Assembly: GCA_027065125.1 (NCBI GenBank)
Contig: JAMOOV010000180.1
Coordinates: 14,437 to 78,436, forward strand
Direction: 5' to 3'
Source: Campylobacterales bacterium
GTDB taxonomy: Bacteria > Campylobacterota > Campylobacteria > Campylobacterales > JALSKU01
Length of the DNA stretch: 64,000 nt
Shown here: positions 41,132 through 51,397 of the stretch, in pieces
Layout of the letters: each line of letters starts with the position of its first letter
Position numbering within the stretch: position 1 is the first letter of the stretch
Translations under genes and position numbers: made by a program
Notes under the pieces: generated by a model
Seen by the model: the letters and a program-made list of their open reading frames with translations, nothing else
The model's database searches: none
Told to the model about the DNA's origin: nothing

Positions 41132-42157
41132 TTATTTGTTTTCTACTTTATATATCGCATCTTCTACCTGTTTTTTTATATTTTCATATAAAAAACTATC
41201 TTTAAAACTTTTTATCACTCCACCACTTGCATTGGCATGACCTCCGCCTTCTCCAATCTCTGCGGCTATAACACTGACATCTACTTTTCCGTTTCCTCTT
41301 AAAGAGATATTTCTTCTTGCATTTATGTTCATAAAAAAGTCGAAATTCGGATTTTTTACTAAAAAGTCATTTCCTATAACAGAAACATTCGATATGGAGT
41401 ATGTAAGTATCCCTTTGTAGCCTTTGTACTCTATGCTCATCTCATCTTTTTTCTTTGTTAAAAGTTCTACTACATATTTGGATATGAGATTATCCAAGGT
41501 ATCATCTTTGCTAAAACCTTTAAAGAACTTTTTTTTGAGCTTATGCAAAGCATTATCAAGAGCTATATTGGCCCCTGCTTTATCATAATATTCATAAGAA
41601 TTTTCAAGCATATTAAATATATACTCATTGTTTTCTCTTGGAAACATTACTCTATTTACCTCTTTGGCATCGCTAACAAGTTTTAAAAGCACTTTGCCAA
41701 GTTCGAAATATTTATCTTTGGATAGCCATATATCTATAGCATTAGTGATTTCACTAAACTTTTTCAACTTTTCATCAGGAGAAAACTTTTTAGAAAAATG
41801 ATCATATGTTATTTTGGTAGCACATCTATTTTCATCAAGATAATACCAATCAAATTTTTCAGCACATTCTCTTCCAGTTTTGTGATGATCCAGTAGTAAA
41901 AGTTTGCAATTTTCAAGATTTTTTACTTTTTCATCTAAAAAGTTGGCTTGTTGCATAGATAAATTTAGATCAGTTATGAGTATCAAACTCTCTTCTTTAT
42001 TATCTTTTTCTATGTTGCTTAATATCTGTTCAATCTTTTGGGTTATCTCATTTCCATAATTTGAATTATAAAAATTTATATCTTTATAATATTTTTTGGT
42101 TACAAGTTGGCAACCGTATCCGTCAAGATCGATATGCGAAAGGTGATATAGTTTCAT
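41132..42157 (-). CDS. DHH family phosphoesterase
   Basis: 341 aa with motifs HIDLDGYG, LLLLDHHKTG and GGGHANASGG. It is next to flhA, as I recall for H. pylori. Confidence 0.8.
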   Translation of the reverse strand: MKLYHLSHIDLDGYGCQLVTKKYYKDINFYNSNYGNEITQKIEQILSNIEKDNKEESLILITDLNLSMQQANFLDEKVKNLENCKLLLLDHHKTGRECAEKFDWYYLDENRCATKITYDHFSKKFSPDEKLKKFSEITNAIDIWLSKDKYFELGKVLLKLVSDAKEVNRVMFPRENNEYIFNMLENSYEYYDKAGANIALDNALHKLKKKFFKGFSKDDTLDNLISKYVVELLTKKKDEMSIEYKGYKGILTYSISNVSVIGNDFLVKNPNFDFFMNINARRNISLRGNGKVDVSVIAAEIGEGGGHANASGGVIKSFKDSFLYENIKKQVEDAIYKVENK

Positions 42158-42166
42158 TTTTTTCCT

Positions 42167-44323
42167 TTATAATTTTTCTATATTTATGGTATCTATTACT
42201 TCAAAAGTGACATTTGGATCAATCTCGGCATGGCTTAAAACAACAACATCAAGTCCAAATTTTTCAAATATATCTTTGATAGATTTTCTAAGCAATGGAT
42301 CTACTATGAGTATAGCCGGAGCTATGCCTTTTTGTAGCATCTTTGAAGCTTCATTGCTTATAGCTTCAACCAGGGCATTTATTTGTCCTATATTAAGAAG
42401 AAGATCTCTAATGCCATTTTTATCTTGAAGTTTATCAAGAAGTTTTTGCTCAGTTTCAGTACTAAATGTCATGAGTTTTATAACTCCTTTTTCATCTTTG
42501 TATAGATTTGTTATCACTCTTGAAAGTTTTGCTCTTACCTGCTCAACAATAATATCTACATTTTTTGTTATCTCTGCTACATCGCTGATACCTTCTAAAA
42601 TAGTTAATAAGTCTTTGATAGGTATCTTTTCATGGAGTAGAGCTTTTAAAACTTTTTGTATTAAGCCGATATTTGCAACTCTCAGACAATCTTCTACAAC
42701 GATAGGATAATCTTTTTTTAGTTTTTCAATAAGGTCATTTACCTCTTGTCTTGACAGCAAATCTTCAGCATATTTTTTAACAAGTTCACTCATGTGTGTC
42801 GATATGATTGTAGCCGGGTCTATAATAGTATAACCTTTCATAATAGCATCATCTTTTTGATCAGCATCTATCCAGACAGCATCAAGACCAAATGCGGGTT
42901 CTTTGGTAGGAATTCCATCTATATCATCCGTTGATAAGCCACTATCCATAGCTAGAAATTTATCGGCATATATCGTACTTTTTCCTATCTCTATACCCTT
43001 TAAGAGTATAGTGTATTGGCTTGGTTCAAGATGCAAGTTGTCTCTGATTCTGACTTGAGGTATCAAAAATCCATAATCAGTAGCTATCTTTTTTCTCATA
43101 TTTTTTATACGAGCAAGAATATCTCCACCTTGAGCCGGATCAGCAAGTTTAACAAGTTGATATCCAAGATCCAATTCAAGAATTTCTTGTTTTAATATAT
43201 CATCAAGAGCCTTTTCTTCTATCTTTTTTTCCTCTTCAGGAGTTAAAAGATTTTCTTTTGCTCCAGTTTCTTCGTCAGTCGAATCTTTTTGGGCAAATTC
43301 TTTTGACATGTAATTATCTTTACCAATTTTTATAAAGTAACCAAGAGCCAAAAATAATGCTCCAACAAATAGTAATGATATAGTTGGAAGTCCAGGAACT
43401 AAAGCAAAAAGCACCAGTATAAAACCTACTATAAAAAGTGTTTTTTGTTCATTTACTAATTGATTTATAATACCATCGGCAAAATTCTCTTTTCCTCCAC
43501 TTGCTCTTGTGATAATGATACCAGTACCAGTGGATACTATCAAGGCGGGTATTTGCGAAACAAGACCATCACCTATGGTAAGAATTGTGAAAGTTTTTGC
43601 ACTTGCACTAAGATTCATATCGTATTGAAACATGCCGATAAGAAAGCCACCTATTATATTGATGATAGTAATAATGATACCAGCTATTGCATCACCTTTT
43701 ACAAATTTACTCGATCCATCCATGGCTCCATAAAAATTTGCTTCTTGTATGATAGCTTCTCTTCTGGCTCTTGCTGTGGCTTCATCAATAAGACCCGCAT
43801 TCAAATCTGCATCTATAGCCATCTGCTTTCCAGGCATTGCATCAAGTGTAAATCTTGCAGCAACTTCTGCAACTCTTGTTGAACCTTTTGTAATAACGAT
43901 AAAATTTATCAAAACCAATATCACAAAAACTATAATACCTATGACATAATTGCCCCCTACAACGAACTGCCCAAAACTATCTATAATGCTACTGACCGCA
44001 GATGGTCCTTCATAACCTTTGCTTAATATCATTCTTGTTGTAGCGATGTTTAAAGATAGTCTGTAAAGAGTTATGATGAGTATCAGTGTCGGAAATGTGG
44101 TTAAGTCTGTTGGTTTTGGCACATAAAGAGATACAAGAATGATAAGTACTGATATAGAAATAGAAACAGTTAAAAAGAAATCCAATATATAACTCGGCAA
44201 CGGAACTATTATAATAGCCAAAATAGCTATAATAAGAGCGACGATAGTCAAGTCTTTCGATCTTGTAATAAAATCTAATAAAGGAGATAAAATCCCAAGA
44301 AATCTTTTTTTACCGATACTCAT
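42167..44323 (-). CDS. flhA: flagellar type III export apparatus protein FlhA
   Basis: 718 aa with an N-terminal 8-TM FHIPEP domain ([28 protein letters not shown]) and a C-terminal cytoplasmic domain. Confidence 0.95.
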   Translation of the reverse strand: MSIGKKRFLGILSPLLDFITRSKDLTIVALIIAILAIIIVPLPSYILDFFLTVSISISVLIILVSLYVPKPTDLTTFPTLILIITLYRLSLNIATTRMILSKGYEGPSAVSSIIDSFGQFVVGGNYVIGIIVFVILVLINFIVITKGSTRVAEVAARFTLDAMPGKQMAIDADLNAGLIDEATARARREAIIQEANFYGAMDGSSKFVKGDAIAGIIITIINIIGGFLIGMFQYDMNLSASAKTFTILTIGDGLVSQIPALIVSTGTGIIITRASGGKENFADGIINQLVNEQKTLFIVGFILVLFALVPGLPTISLLFVGALFLALGYFIKIGKDNYMSKEFAQKDSTDEETGAKENLLTPEEEKKIEEKALDDILKQEILELDLGYQLVKLADPAQGGDILARIKNMRKKIATDYGFLIPQVRIRDNLHLEPSQYTILLKGIEIGKSTIYADKFLAMDSGLSTDDIDGIPTKEPAFGLDAVWIDADQKDDAIMKGYTIIDPATIISTHMSELVKKYAEDLLSRQEVNDLIEKLKKDYPIVVEDCLRVANIGLIQKVLKALLHEKIPIKDLLTILEGISDVAEITKNVDIIVEQVRAKLSRVITNLYKDEKGVIKLMTFSTETEQKLLDKLQDKNGIRDLLLNIGQINALVEAISNEASKMLQKGIAPAILIVDPLLRKSIKDIFEKFGLDVVVLSHAEIDPNVTFEVIDTINIEKL

Positions 44324-44325
44324 AA

Positions 44326-44724
44326 TTACATTATATCTTTTAAGGAAATCTCATTTAAAAAATTGTCTATTTTCATCTGGAGTCTATTTAAAAATGGCCA
44401 AATTTGACAAGTTTCAGCTTTCTTTGATTTGCAAGATTTTTTTGAAGGAGAGCATTCAAAAACTGTTGGAGCCTTTTTTTCAGCAAATTCTATAACATCT
44501 TTTACGGATATCTCTTCAGGTGCTTTTGATAGTTTAAATCCCCCTCTGGCTCCTTTATACGAGATAAGTATCTCTTCTCTTGCTAAACTTTGTAAAATCT
44601 TTGCTAAAAAGCTTTTTGATATATCTAATTGTTTTGATAGTGTATCAACATCAACAGGATCGTTTTCTTTGGATATTAGAATTAGCGAAAGCAAAGCATA
44701 TTCACTTGCTTTTGTAAGTAACAT
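44326..44724 (-). CDS. Rrf2 family transcriptional regulator
   Basis: 132 aa. N-terminal w[21 protein letters not shown]...[24 protein letters not shown]. The C-terminal Cys cluster (C-x6-C-x8-C) could ligate Fe-S. Confidence 0.85.
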   Translation of the reverse strand: MLLTKASEYALLSLILISKENDPVDVDTLSKQLDISKSFLAKILQSLAREEILISYKGARGGFKLSKAPEEISVKDVIEFAEKKAPTVFECSPSKKSCKSKKAETCQIWPFLNRLQMKIDNFLNEISLKDIM

Positions 44725-44863
44725 GATACTCCTTAGGTTTTTTAAATAGGAGTAATATTGTACTAAATATTTTCTAATCTTTATATTAATTTATGTTTTT
44801 TTCTGTATAATTCCATTTCTAAATGTTATAATACATTAGAAAATACCAATCAAGGAGGTCATT

Positions 44864-45136
44864 ATGGCTTTAGATTCGGCGAAAAAGATGGAAATCATCA
44901 AAGAGTTTGCCAGAAGTGAAGGTGATACGGGTTCTACAGAGGTGCAAATAGCACTTTTAAGTGAAAGAATTAAGTATTTAACAGAGCATTTAAAAGTAAA
45001 TAAAAAAGATCATAGTTCAAGACTCGGTCTTTTAAAACTTGTAGGTCAGAGAAAAAGACTTTTAAGATATCTTAAAAGAAAAGATTTTGATACTTACACA
45101 AAAGTTATAACTGCTTTATCTATCAGAGATAAATAA
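44864..45136 (+). CDS. rpsO: 30S ribosomal protein S15
   Basis: 90 aa with [51 protein letters not shown]. The RBS is AAGGAGG. Confidence 0.97.
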   Translation: MALDSAKKMEIIKEFARSEGDTGSTEVQIALLSERIKYLTEHLKVNKKDHSSRLGLLKLVGQRKRLLRYLKRKDFDTYTKVITALSIRDK

Positions 45137-45142
45137 AAACAT

Positions 45143-45166
45143 GTGAGCGAAGTTTACCTCGCTCAC
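45143..45166 (+). terminator. hairpin after rpsO
   Basis: Stem GTGAGCGA (45143-45150), 8-nt loop, stem TCGCTCAC (45159-45166). No clear U-tract follows. Confidence 0.5.
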
Positions 45167-45328
45167 TAATTCCTCACAAAATATACAGAATTTCGCATCA
45201 AATTAACAATAAAATTGTACTAATATCAACAAAACTGCTCAAATAGTGTTATAATTAAGTTAAATCATATAACAATTTGTATATAATACACACTTAATCG
45301 TATAATTTAAGTAAAAAGTAGTATTTTA

Positions 45329-45568
45329 ATGGAAATTAATGATATTTTCAATTTGCTTCATAATGCAATAGAGGCTAAAAATTTTGGCAAAAAAATCAGT
45401 CAAAAAGAGATGTCTAAAAAACTAGGTATATCCATGAGAACATATCAAGATTGGAGACTGGGCAATTCTAAACCCCAAGCTGTTATGTCTGTTTTTAAGC
45501 TTCTTAGTGAACTTGATGATGATGAAATACTAAGAGTTGTAAAAAGAGTAAAAAAAGAGATAGGGTAA
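45329..45568 (+). CDS. XRE-type helix-turn-helix protein
   Basis: 79 aa. HTH segment ISQKEMSKKLGISMRTYQDWRLGNSKP. Several TATAAT-like boxes lie upstream. Confidence 0.65.
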   Translation: MEINDIFNLLHNAIEAKNFGKKISQKEMSKKLGISMRTYQDWRLGNSKPQAVMSVFKLLSELDDDEILRVVKRVKKEIG

Positions 45569-45571
45569 AAT

Positions 45572-45718
45572 ATGGCGGTAACTTTAAGCAGTAAAGAGAA
45601 AAAAGCACTTGACGATATCTTTGTTTCTATCACAGAAGAAAGAAATTTTTTTGACAATATTAAAATATTAATTAAAAAAATAAAAAGATTTATTTTTGTA
45701 TCATTTTCCCATCTTTGA
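45572..45718 (+). CDS. hypothetical 48-aa ORF coupled to the HTH gene
   Basis: The ATG lies 3 nt after the HTH stop. My translation is MAVTLSSKEKKALDDIFVSITEERNFFDNIKILIKKIKRFIFVSFSHL. A CCCTA/TAGGG hairpin with a T-run follows. It is below the ORF-track cutoff and may be a truncated remnant. Confidence 0.3.
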   Translation: MAVTLSSKEKKALDDIFVSITEERNFFDNIKILIKKIKRFIFVSFSHL

Positions 45719-45825
45719 CACTTCCATCAAATTTTAAAAAATAAAATCCCTATATTTAGGGCTTTTGTAGCTTTTTTTCTCAAATTTCTTTCAAATTGTA
45801 GTGAAAACTTTTTTATTTATATTAA

Positions 45826-46221
45826 CTAATTAATAGTAATTATATTATAATCTTATTTGAAAACTATCAAGGATATAGAGTTATCACTTCCAAAGGACAT
45901 AAGTATTTAAATATAATTGATTCATGCAGAGAAGGTAAAAAGATAAAACAGAAAGCTATAGCAAATCTTGGAAGAGTTGATGAACTTAATAAAGCATCAA
46001 TAGAAAATTTAGCAGCAAAACTCTTAGAGATAATCGATAGTGATAAAAAATTAGATGATAAGTTAACTCCTAATATAGAAGAGCTTGATAGATATAACTA
46101 TGGTTTTATAGCTTATAAAAATATTTGGAATAGATTTAAGCTTGATGATATATTAGATAGTATCTCTAAAGATAAAAAGATACAATTTGATTTGAGACCG
46201 CTTAACATTTTGTATAAATGA
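45826..46221 (+). pseudogene. IS1634-family (IS4-like) transposase, N-terminal fragment without start codon
   Basis: Open frame of 131 codons. My translation is ...YQGYRVITSKGHKYLNIIDSCREGKKIKQKAIANLGRVDELNKASIENLAAKLLEI.... It resembles the conserved N-terminus of IS1634-type transposases (K.GK.Y..IveSyReGgKvkQk.ia.LGr). The frame has no ATG/GTG/TTG start and ends where the IS256-like sequence begins. Confidence 0.5.
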
Positions 46222-46360
46222 GTAATTTGACTTTTTATAAAATGAATTGTATCTAAAATCATCTTATTTTTGGCACCATCAACCCAACTGTGTAAATCCA
46301 AAAACTTACCAAGTTTGGTAAAATAACAAACTTGGTTAAATTTACAAAAGGATTTATACT

Positions 46361-46910
46361 ATGAGTTTAGTAAACAAAGAAGAGATAGCCAAAGCCATAA
46401 GGAGTGGTAAAGGTATCAATATCGAAGAGATATTGGATGAATTTAAAAGTATGCTCAAAGAGGTATATCAAACAGCTACAGAAGTAGAACTTACAGACCA
46501 CTTAGGTTATGAAAAGTATACTAAATCTAATAATTCTAATTATCGAAACGGACACAACAAAAAAATATTAAGAAGTAAATATGGAGAGTTTGATGTATCC
46601 ACACCAAGAGATAGAGACGGAACATTCGAACTACAGTTGGAGTGAACTATCTACTTTTTATAAATATCCGGAGGCTATTAAAAAGTTGATTTATACTGCA
46701 AATCCTATAGAATCATTAAATTCAAATATCAAGAGAAAAATTAAATCCAAAGGCTCTTTTCCCACTATGGAATCAGCTTTTAAAATACTCTATCTTTCTA
46801 CTCAGCAGATACAGACAAAATGGGATAAAACAAAGGTTAGAAATTGGAGTGAAATTTATCCTCAACTTTGCATATTTTTTCAAGATATTATGATAAAATA
46901 TACAAATTGA
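46361..46910 (+). pseudogene. IS256-family transposase, internally deleted and frameshifted
   Basis: ORF 46361-46645 carries the N-terminal IS256 motifs (ELTDHLGYEKY, RNGHNKKILRSKYGEFDVSTPRDRDGTFE). ORF 46581-46910, in another frame, carries the C-terminal motifs (WSELSTFYKYPEAIKKLIYTANPIESLNSNIKRKIKSKGSFP). The junction is near 46631-46635. The ~230-aa DDE core is missing. Confidence 0.8.
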
Positions 46911-47006
46911 GGATATAGGGTTAGAGGTGGTTTACGGTTCTTTCTTTGTCAAGATTAAAATCAAATTAGAATAATATAACCAACCAACAGTTAGTCGAAA
47001 CTGATT

Positions 47007-48938
47007 TTATAAAGAGTGTTTGATTGAAGGGGGAGAGGTTTTTGTCTTTCCTTCTTTTGGATCAAAGGGCTTTCCTATAAAGTATCCTTGAGCCATATTT
47101 ATATCGTATTCTTCTAAGATTTTAAGTATGTCTTCATTTTCTACAAATTCTGCTATGCTTTTTATTTTTAGTGATTGACAAATTTCTGAAATACTTTTTA
47201 AAATGGTTTTTGCATTTTCATCTTTTAAGATTTTTAAAATAATAGAGCCGTCGATTTTTAAAATATCGGGTTTGATATTGATAATATAATTAAAGCCGGA
47301 GTATCCGCTACCAAAATCATCTATAGCAATTTGTATATTAAATTTTTTTAGAGCATCTATCCTTTTTGTAAATTTTGCATTATTATATATAGGCATATCT
47401 TCCAATATTTCTATGGTTAAAAAATGTGAGTATTTGATATTTTTATTGATAAGATCTGTTAACATTTCATATATAGTATCATCAAAAAAATCTCCTATGT
47501 CAAAATTGACACTGACTGAGATATTGTGTTTTTTTATCATAGAGAAAGCTTTTACAAGCATGATTTTAGTCAAAGTTCTATATATAGTTGTTCGTTTGAT
47601 CATCGGTAAAAATTGTGCCGGCGAAAAAATATCTCCATTTTTATCTACAATTCTTGCGAGAGCTTCATACTTAACTATTTTATTGCTTTTTATATTAAGA
47701 ATGGGTTGAAAATATGCTTCCAATCTATTTTGCTTTATGGCATTTGTGATTTCATCAAGAAGTAAAATATGTTTTGTGCTTATTTTGTTGTTATTTATAA
47801 CAACTCTATTTCTTCCTCCGGTTTTTGCTATGTAGAGCATTTTATCCGCATTAATAATGGCATCTTCAAGAGATTTGTTTTTATAAGGTGTCGGATTTAC
47901 CCCGATAGATATTGTAACATTTAGATTTTTATTATTGACCCTTATGGGTTGAGAAGATATAGTTGTAAGGATTCTGTTTGAGATTGATTTTATGGTTTCT
48001 ATATTGACTTTTTTAGTAAAAAATATCAAAAACTCTTCTCCTCCATATCTTATCAAAATATCAAAAGTTCTTGTTGCATTCATTAATCTTTTTGCAATAG
48101 TTTCCAAGACTATATCTCCTATATCGTGTCCGTATCTGTCATTTATTTGCTTGAAATGATCAATATCTGCCAAGGCTATGGCACATGAGCGAAGATCTAT
48201 ATGTTTTTTAATTTCATCCAAATAATTTCTATTGTAAAGATGTGTAAGAGGATCGATATTGCTTTTTTTTCTTTGTTTAAAGTAGATAAATGTTTGTAAA
48301 ACAATAGATAGTAAAATGATTATTAGCAATATGGACATCAAAATAAGCAATTTTTGAATAGGTTTTAATATTTGCATTAAAGTTTTATACTCTTGCATAG
48401 AGATATCAAAAACTAAAATAATTTTTTCATTTTTATATTTATTGAAAGGATATAGATATGTTACCCAAAGGTTTGAAATATCTTTTTGCAGGGTATAATT
48501 TGGTTTTTTGCTCTTAATGACACTACCCCAAACAGGAGATATTGGTGTAAAGATTTGGTGCCAATCGCCTCTTTCTTTTACATCGTAAGAGCCGTCGGCA
48601 AGATATCTAAATGCACCGTTTTTGTCGAGATAAACAAGATAGACATACTTATATTGAGCATTTGAAAAAAGAGATAAAAGTTCGTTTACATACTCTCTTA
48701 ATGATTTATTTTTTTGTAGAGAGCGAGTTAAATCTTTTGGTGCAATTTTTACAATCTTCTCTTCTATCTTTTTTGCTAAATGTTGTGCATGTAATTTTTC
48801 TATGTTTATGATTTCTTTTTCTTCTTTTGTTAGAGTATTGTTGGAAAATGCAAAAAGAGCTACGATGCACACTATAAGTAATATCAGTAAAAATAGATAA
48901 AGTTTTACAAAAGAATTTTTAAGATGTAACATACTCAC
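47007..48938 (-). CDS. membrane-bound GGDEF-EAL protein with periplasmic sensor domain
   Basis: 643 aa. TM helix, ~170-aa periplasmic region and a second TM helix. GGDEF domain (DPLTHLYNRNYL, RYGGEEF) followed by an EAL domain (YEALARI, DDFGSGYSGF, AEFVE, QGYFIGKP). Confidence 0.9.
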   Translation of the reverse strand: MSMLHLKNSFVKLYLFLLILLIVCIVALFAFSNNTLTKEEKEIINIEKLHAQHLAKKIEEKIVKIAPKDLTRSLQKNKSLREYVNELLSLFSNAQYKYVYLVYLDKNGAFRYLADGSYDVKERGDWHQIFTPISPVWGSVIKSKKPNYTLQKDISNLWVTYLYPFNKYKNEKIILVFDISMQEYKTLMQILKPIQKLLILMSILLIIILLSIVLQTFIYFKQRKKSNIDPLTHLYNRNYLDEIKKHIDLRSCAIALADIDHFKQINDRYGHDIGDIVLETIAKRLMNATRTFDILIRYGGEEFLIFFTKKVNIETIKSISNRILTTISSQPIRVNNKNLNVTISIGVNPTPYKNKSLEDAIINADKMLYIAKTGGRNRVVINNNKISTKHILLLDEITNAIKQNRLEAYFQPILNIKSNKIVKYEALARIVDKNGDIFSPAQFLPMIKRTTIYRTLTKIMLVKAFSMIKKHNISVSVNFDIGDFFDDTIYEMLTDLINKNIKYSHFLTIEILEDMPIYNNAKFTKRIDALKKFNIQIAIDDFGSGYSGFNYIINIKPDILKIDGSIILKILKDENAKTILKSISEICQSLKIKSIAEFVENEDILKILEEYDINMAQGYFIGKPFDPKEGKTKTSPPSIKHSL

Positions 48939-49387
48939 TCTAAAAATTTGATATACTCTTTTGGTATATTTTTATATCTTTTATGAATAATTTTGCTATT
49001 TAAAACAAGATTTGGTCTTCCTTTTTGCCAAAAAAATGCCCCTATATCCAAATCTTTATGCTTTTTATAATCTTCATATTTTGTACTTATTATTGGCGGT
49101 AAATTGTATTTATTGTTTATTTGTTTAAAAAAATCAGAATTATTTGTCAGTATAAGATCAGCTTTATCATAAGAGTTTACTTTTATCAAATATTTGTCGT
49201 TTTTAAATATATCATCAAAATAGTGGTCGGTATTGTATATTTTGATCATACCTTTGTTTGTAAATATATTTGCAATATTTTGTATAATCTTCGCTTTTAA
49301 ACTTGAAAGATTGTTTCCAAAAAGCGATAGAGATAAAAATATGACAAAAAATATCTTTTTCAAAACTGATACTCCAAACCTATCCAA
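48935..49387 (-). CDS. YfiR-like (DUF4154) periplasmic protein
   Basis: 150 aa with a signal peptide. The layout LKAKIIQNIANIF...ADLILTNN...GAFFWQKGRPNLVLNSKIIHKRYKNIPKEYIKF resembles DUF4154/YfiR. A more likely start is the TTG at 49363 (GGAG 7 nt upstream), overlapping the TGA of the upstream gene. Confidence 0.55.
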   Translation of the reverse strand: MDRFGVSVLKKIFFVIFLSLSLFGNNLSSLKAKIIQNIANIFTNKGMIKIYNTDHYFDDIFKNDKYLIKVNSYDKADLILTNNSDFFKQINNKYNLPPIISTKYEDYKKHKDLDIGAFFWQKGRPNLVLNSKIIHKRYKNIPKEYIKFLE

Positions 49388-51261
49388 ACTCTTCTGTCTA
49401 TAGGACTAACTTCGCTTAATCTGTTGATAACAGGAGGCATGGACGGAACAATTCTTATATAGTTACTTTTTAAAGCTTTATTGAAGATGTTTTCTCCTTT
49501 TACAAAGAGAGATAATTTTCTCGAATAGCGATAAGAAATCGTACTATTGAAATTCCATCCGTTTTTATCTATCCCATCCCATTTCTTAAATACAAGAGAA
49601 TTATAAAAATCAAATCTATCAATAGTGTCATATAGGCTTATAAATGCTCCGTAATTTACTCTTTTGTTTGAAGAGTTACCTCTTTTTAGTATAGAACTCC
49701 AGCCGTTAAAGATGACTTTATTTTGAGGGTTAAAAAAGTATTTATAGTCCAACAATACAGAATTGGTTGTATATTTATCTTTAGAATTAAGATATCCTTT
49801 TGTTGCAAAATTAAAATAACAACCGTCTGTGATTTTCATATGTCCCAATGTGATTGAAGTTGTATATTTTTTAGTTTTTCGTGTTAACTGTGTGGCAAAT
49901 ACCATAACTTTTGTTTTGTCGAGATCGTATGTTTTGTGGTATAAAACACTGTTGTCATACAATATTTGCATAGAAGGAGAACTTTCTCCTGTGAAGATAA
50001 AAGTTTTGCTTGTCCAATTAAGACTGTTGTAGATGTATCCCAATCTTGCAGAGTATGTATCGTAATTGGTAATATTGGCATTTTCAAGCATTTTGTCATA
50101 TTTGATTGAAGCCGTTATAATGTTTGAATTATTTATGCTGTATCTATTTTCCAAAAAAGAGGAGAATATAAACTCACTGCTATATCCCCCGCTATTTGCC
50201 ATATTTTTAACTCCAAGTCTATACTCCGGTATAGTAAAATGCTTATATCTGCTTTGAATTCCGATTGTAAATTTGTTTTTTCTGCTTTCGTAAGCTTTGA
50301 GGATTTGAGCATTTGCAACACTTTCTCTGATCTTTTTATATAAATCTTGATATATATAATTTGGAGGTATAACACCTAAAACACTATAAGACGAATCAAA
50401 ATTTTTCATATTGCTTCTTGAGTAATTTAAAGAAGCTTTTATGCCGTTATCTCTATTTTTGTAGTAAACACCCGTATAAAAAAAGTCAAAATCAATATGC
50501 GGATCTTTAGGATCAATATTTGGACTTATTCCCATGAATGTATCGAGTTTGCCTCTTGAGGCTTGCATTTCCCATCTGATATTTTCTTTTTGAAGTGAGC
50601 CGAAGAAATATTTTATTTTTTTATCTTCCGATAGTGGAATGTTGTTGTGATGAACTTTTTTTCTATTTAGATTGGTTGCATTTGCAAACAGTAGATATGA
50701 ATACTCCTTGTAAGTTTTGGCACTATATATAGAGAGCATTTTGGAGCCATAACTACCGACTTCGGTTTTTAGCACATTTGTATTTTCTCTTTTGGGATTT
50801 TTAGTATAACATTTGATGGTTATGAAAGCAGATTGAATACCAAGAGATTGCGAGGGTGTTCCATGATATATCTCTATATGATCTATAAAATCTATATTTA
50901 CTTGAGCAAATAGTTTTAATTTGCTTCCAGTATATGAAGTGATCAATTCCCTATCATTTACATAAACTCTAACGGTGTTTTTTGCTTCAGGTTGATAAGG
51001 CACATAAAAAGGAGAAGTCATCCCCAGAGCATTTTCATTGTATCTTATGAGAGGAATTTGATCTATGATTTCTTTTAAGTAGTGAACTTTCATTCTATCG
51101 AGATCTTGTCTGGTATAAATGATTAAAAATCCGGCACTCTCTTTTTTTGTTTGGTTAGAAAGATCGGCTTTTTGAGCAAGATCGCTTAAAAGAGATGTCA
51201 TATCTTCCTTTGATAGAAGTAAAATCGGAAAAAGAAAAAATATCAAACAAAGTTTTTTCAT
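49360..51261 (-). CDS. TonB-dependent-receptor-like outer membrane beta-barrel
   Basis: 633 aa with a signal peptide. The plug-like region is IIYTRQDLDRMKVHYLKEIIDQIPLIRY, VRVYVNDREL, IDHIEIYHGTPSQSLGIQSAFITIKCYTK. Long Tyr/Asn-rich barrel ending in the terminal ...GLEYQF. Confidence 0.75.
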   Translation of the reverse strand: MKKLCLIFFLFPILLLSKEDMTSLLSDLAQKADLSNQTKKESAGFLIIYTRQDLDRMKVHYLKEIIDQIPLIRYNENALGMTSPFYVPYQPEAKNTVRVYVNDRELITSYTGSKLKLFAQVNIDFIDHIEIYHGTPSQSLGIQSAFITIKCYTKNPKRENTNVLKTEVGSYGSKMLSIYSAKTYKEYSYLLFANATNLNRKKVHHNNIPLSEDKKIKYFFGSLQKENIRWEMQASRGKLDTFMGISPNIDPKDPHIDFDFFYTGVYYKNRDNGIKASLNYSRSNMKNFDSSYSVLGVIPPNYIYQDLYKKIRESVANAQILKAYESRKNKFTIGIQSRYKHFTIPEYRLGVKNMANSGGYSSEFIFSSFLENRYSINNSNIITASIKYDKMLENANITNYDTYSARLGYIYNSLNWTSKTFIFTGESSPSMQILYDNSVLYHKTYDLDKTKVMVFATQLTRKTKKYTTSITLGHMKITDGCYFNFATKGYLNSKDKYTTNSVLLDYKYFFNPQNKVIFNGWSSILKRGNSSNKRVNYGAFISLYDTIDRFDFYNSLVFKKWDGIDKNGWNFNSTISYRYSRKLSLFVKGENIFNKALKSNYIRIVPSMPPVINRLSEVSPIDRRVWIGLEYQF

Positions 51262-51397
51262 TGTTTATTAAACCTATCTTTTAATTTATGTATTTTATCA
51301 GAATTATAATTAATATTAATTGAATTAAAATATTTATTCCATTATATGCAAGATTGTGATAAAATAGCATCAAATTTGATATAAAACGGAGTTTAAA

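Noticed and set aside
45871-46923. 13-nt near-identical direct repeat GGATATAG(A/G)GTTA (45871 and 46911), considered as a target-site duplication delimiting a 1.04-kb insertion.
   Set aside because: It is too long for IS256 (8-9 bp) or IS1634-type (5-6 bp) duplications. The first copy lies inside the IS1634-like coding frame rather than at an element end. I keep it only as an unexplained detail within the IS-remnant finding.
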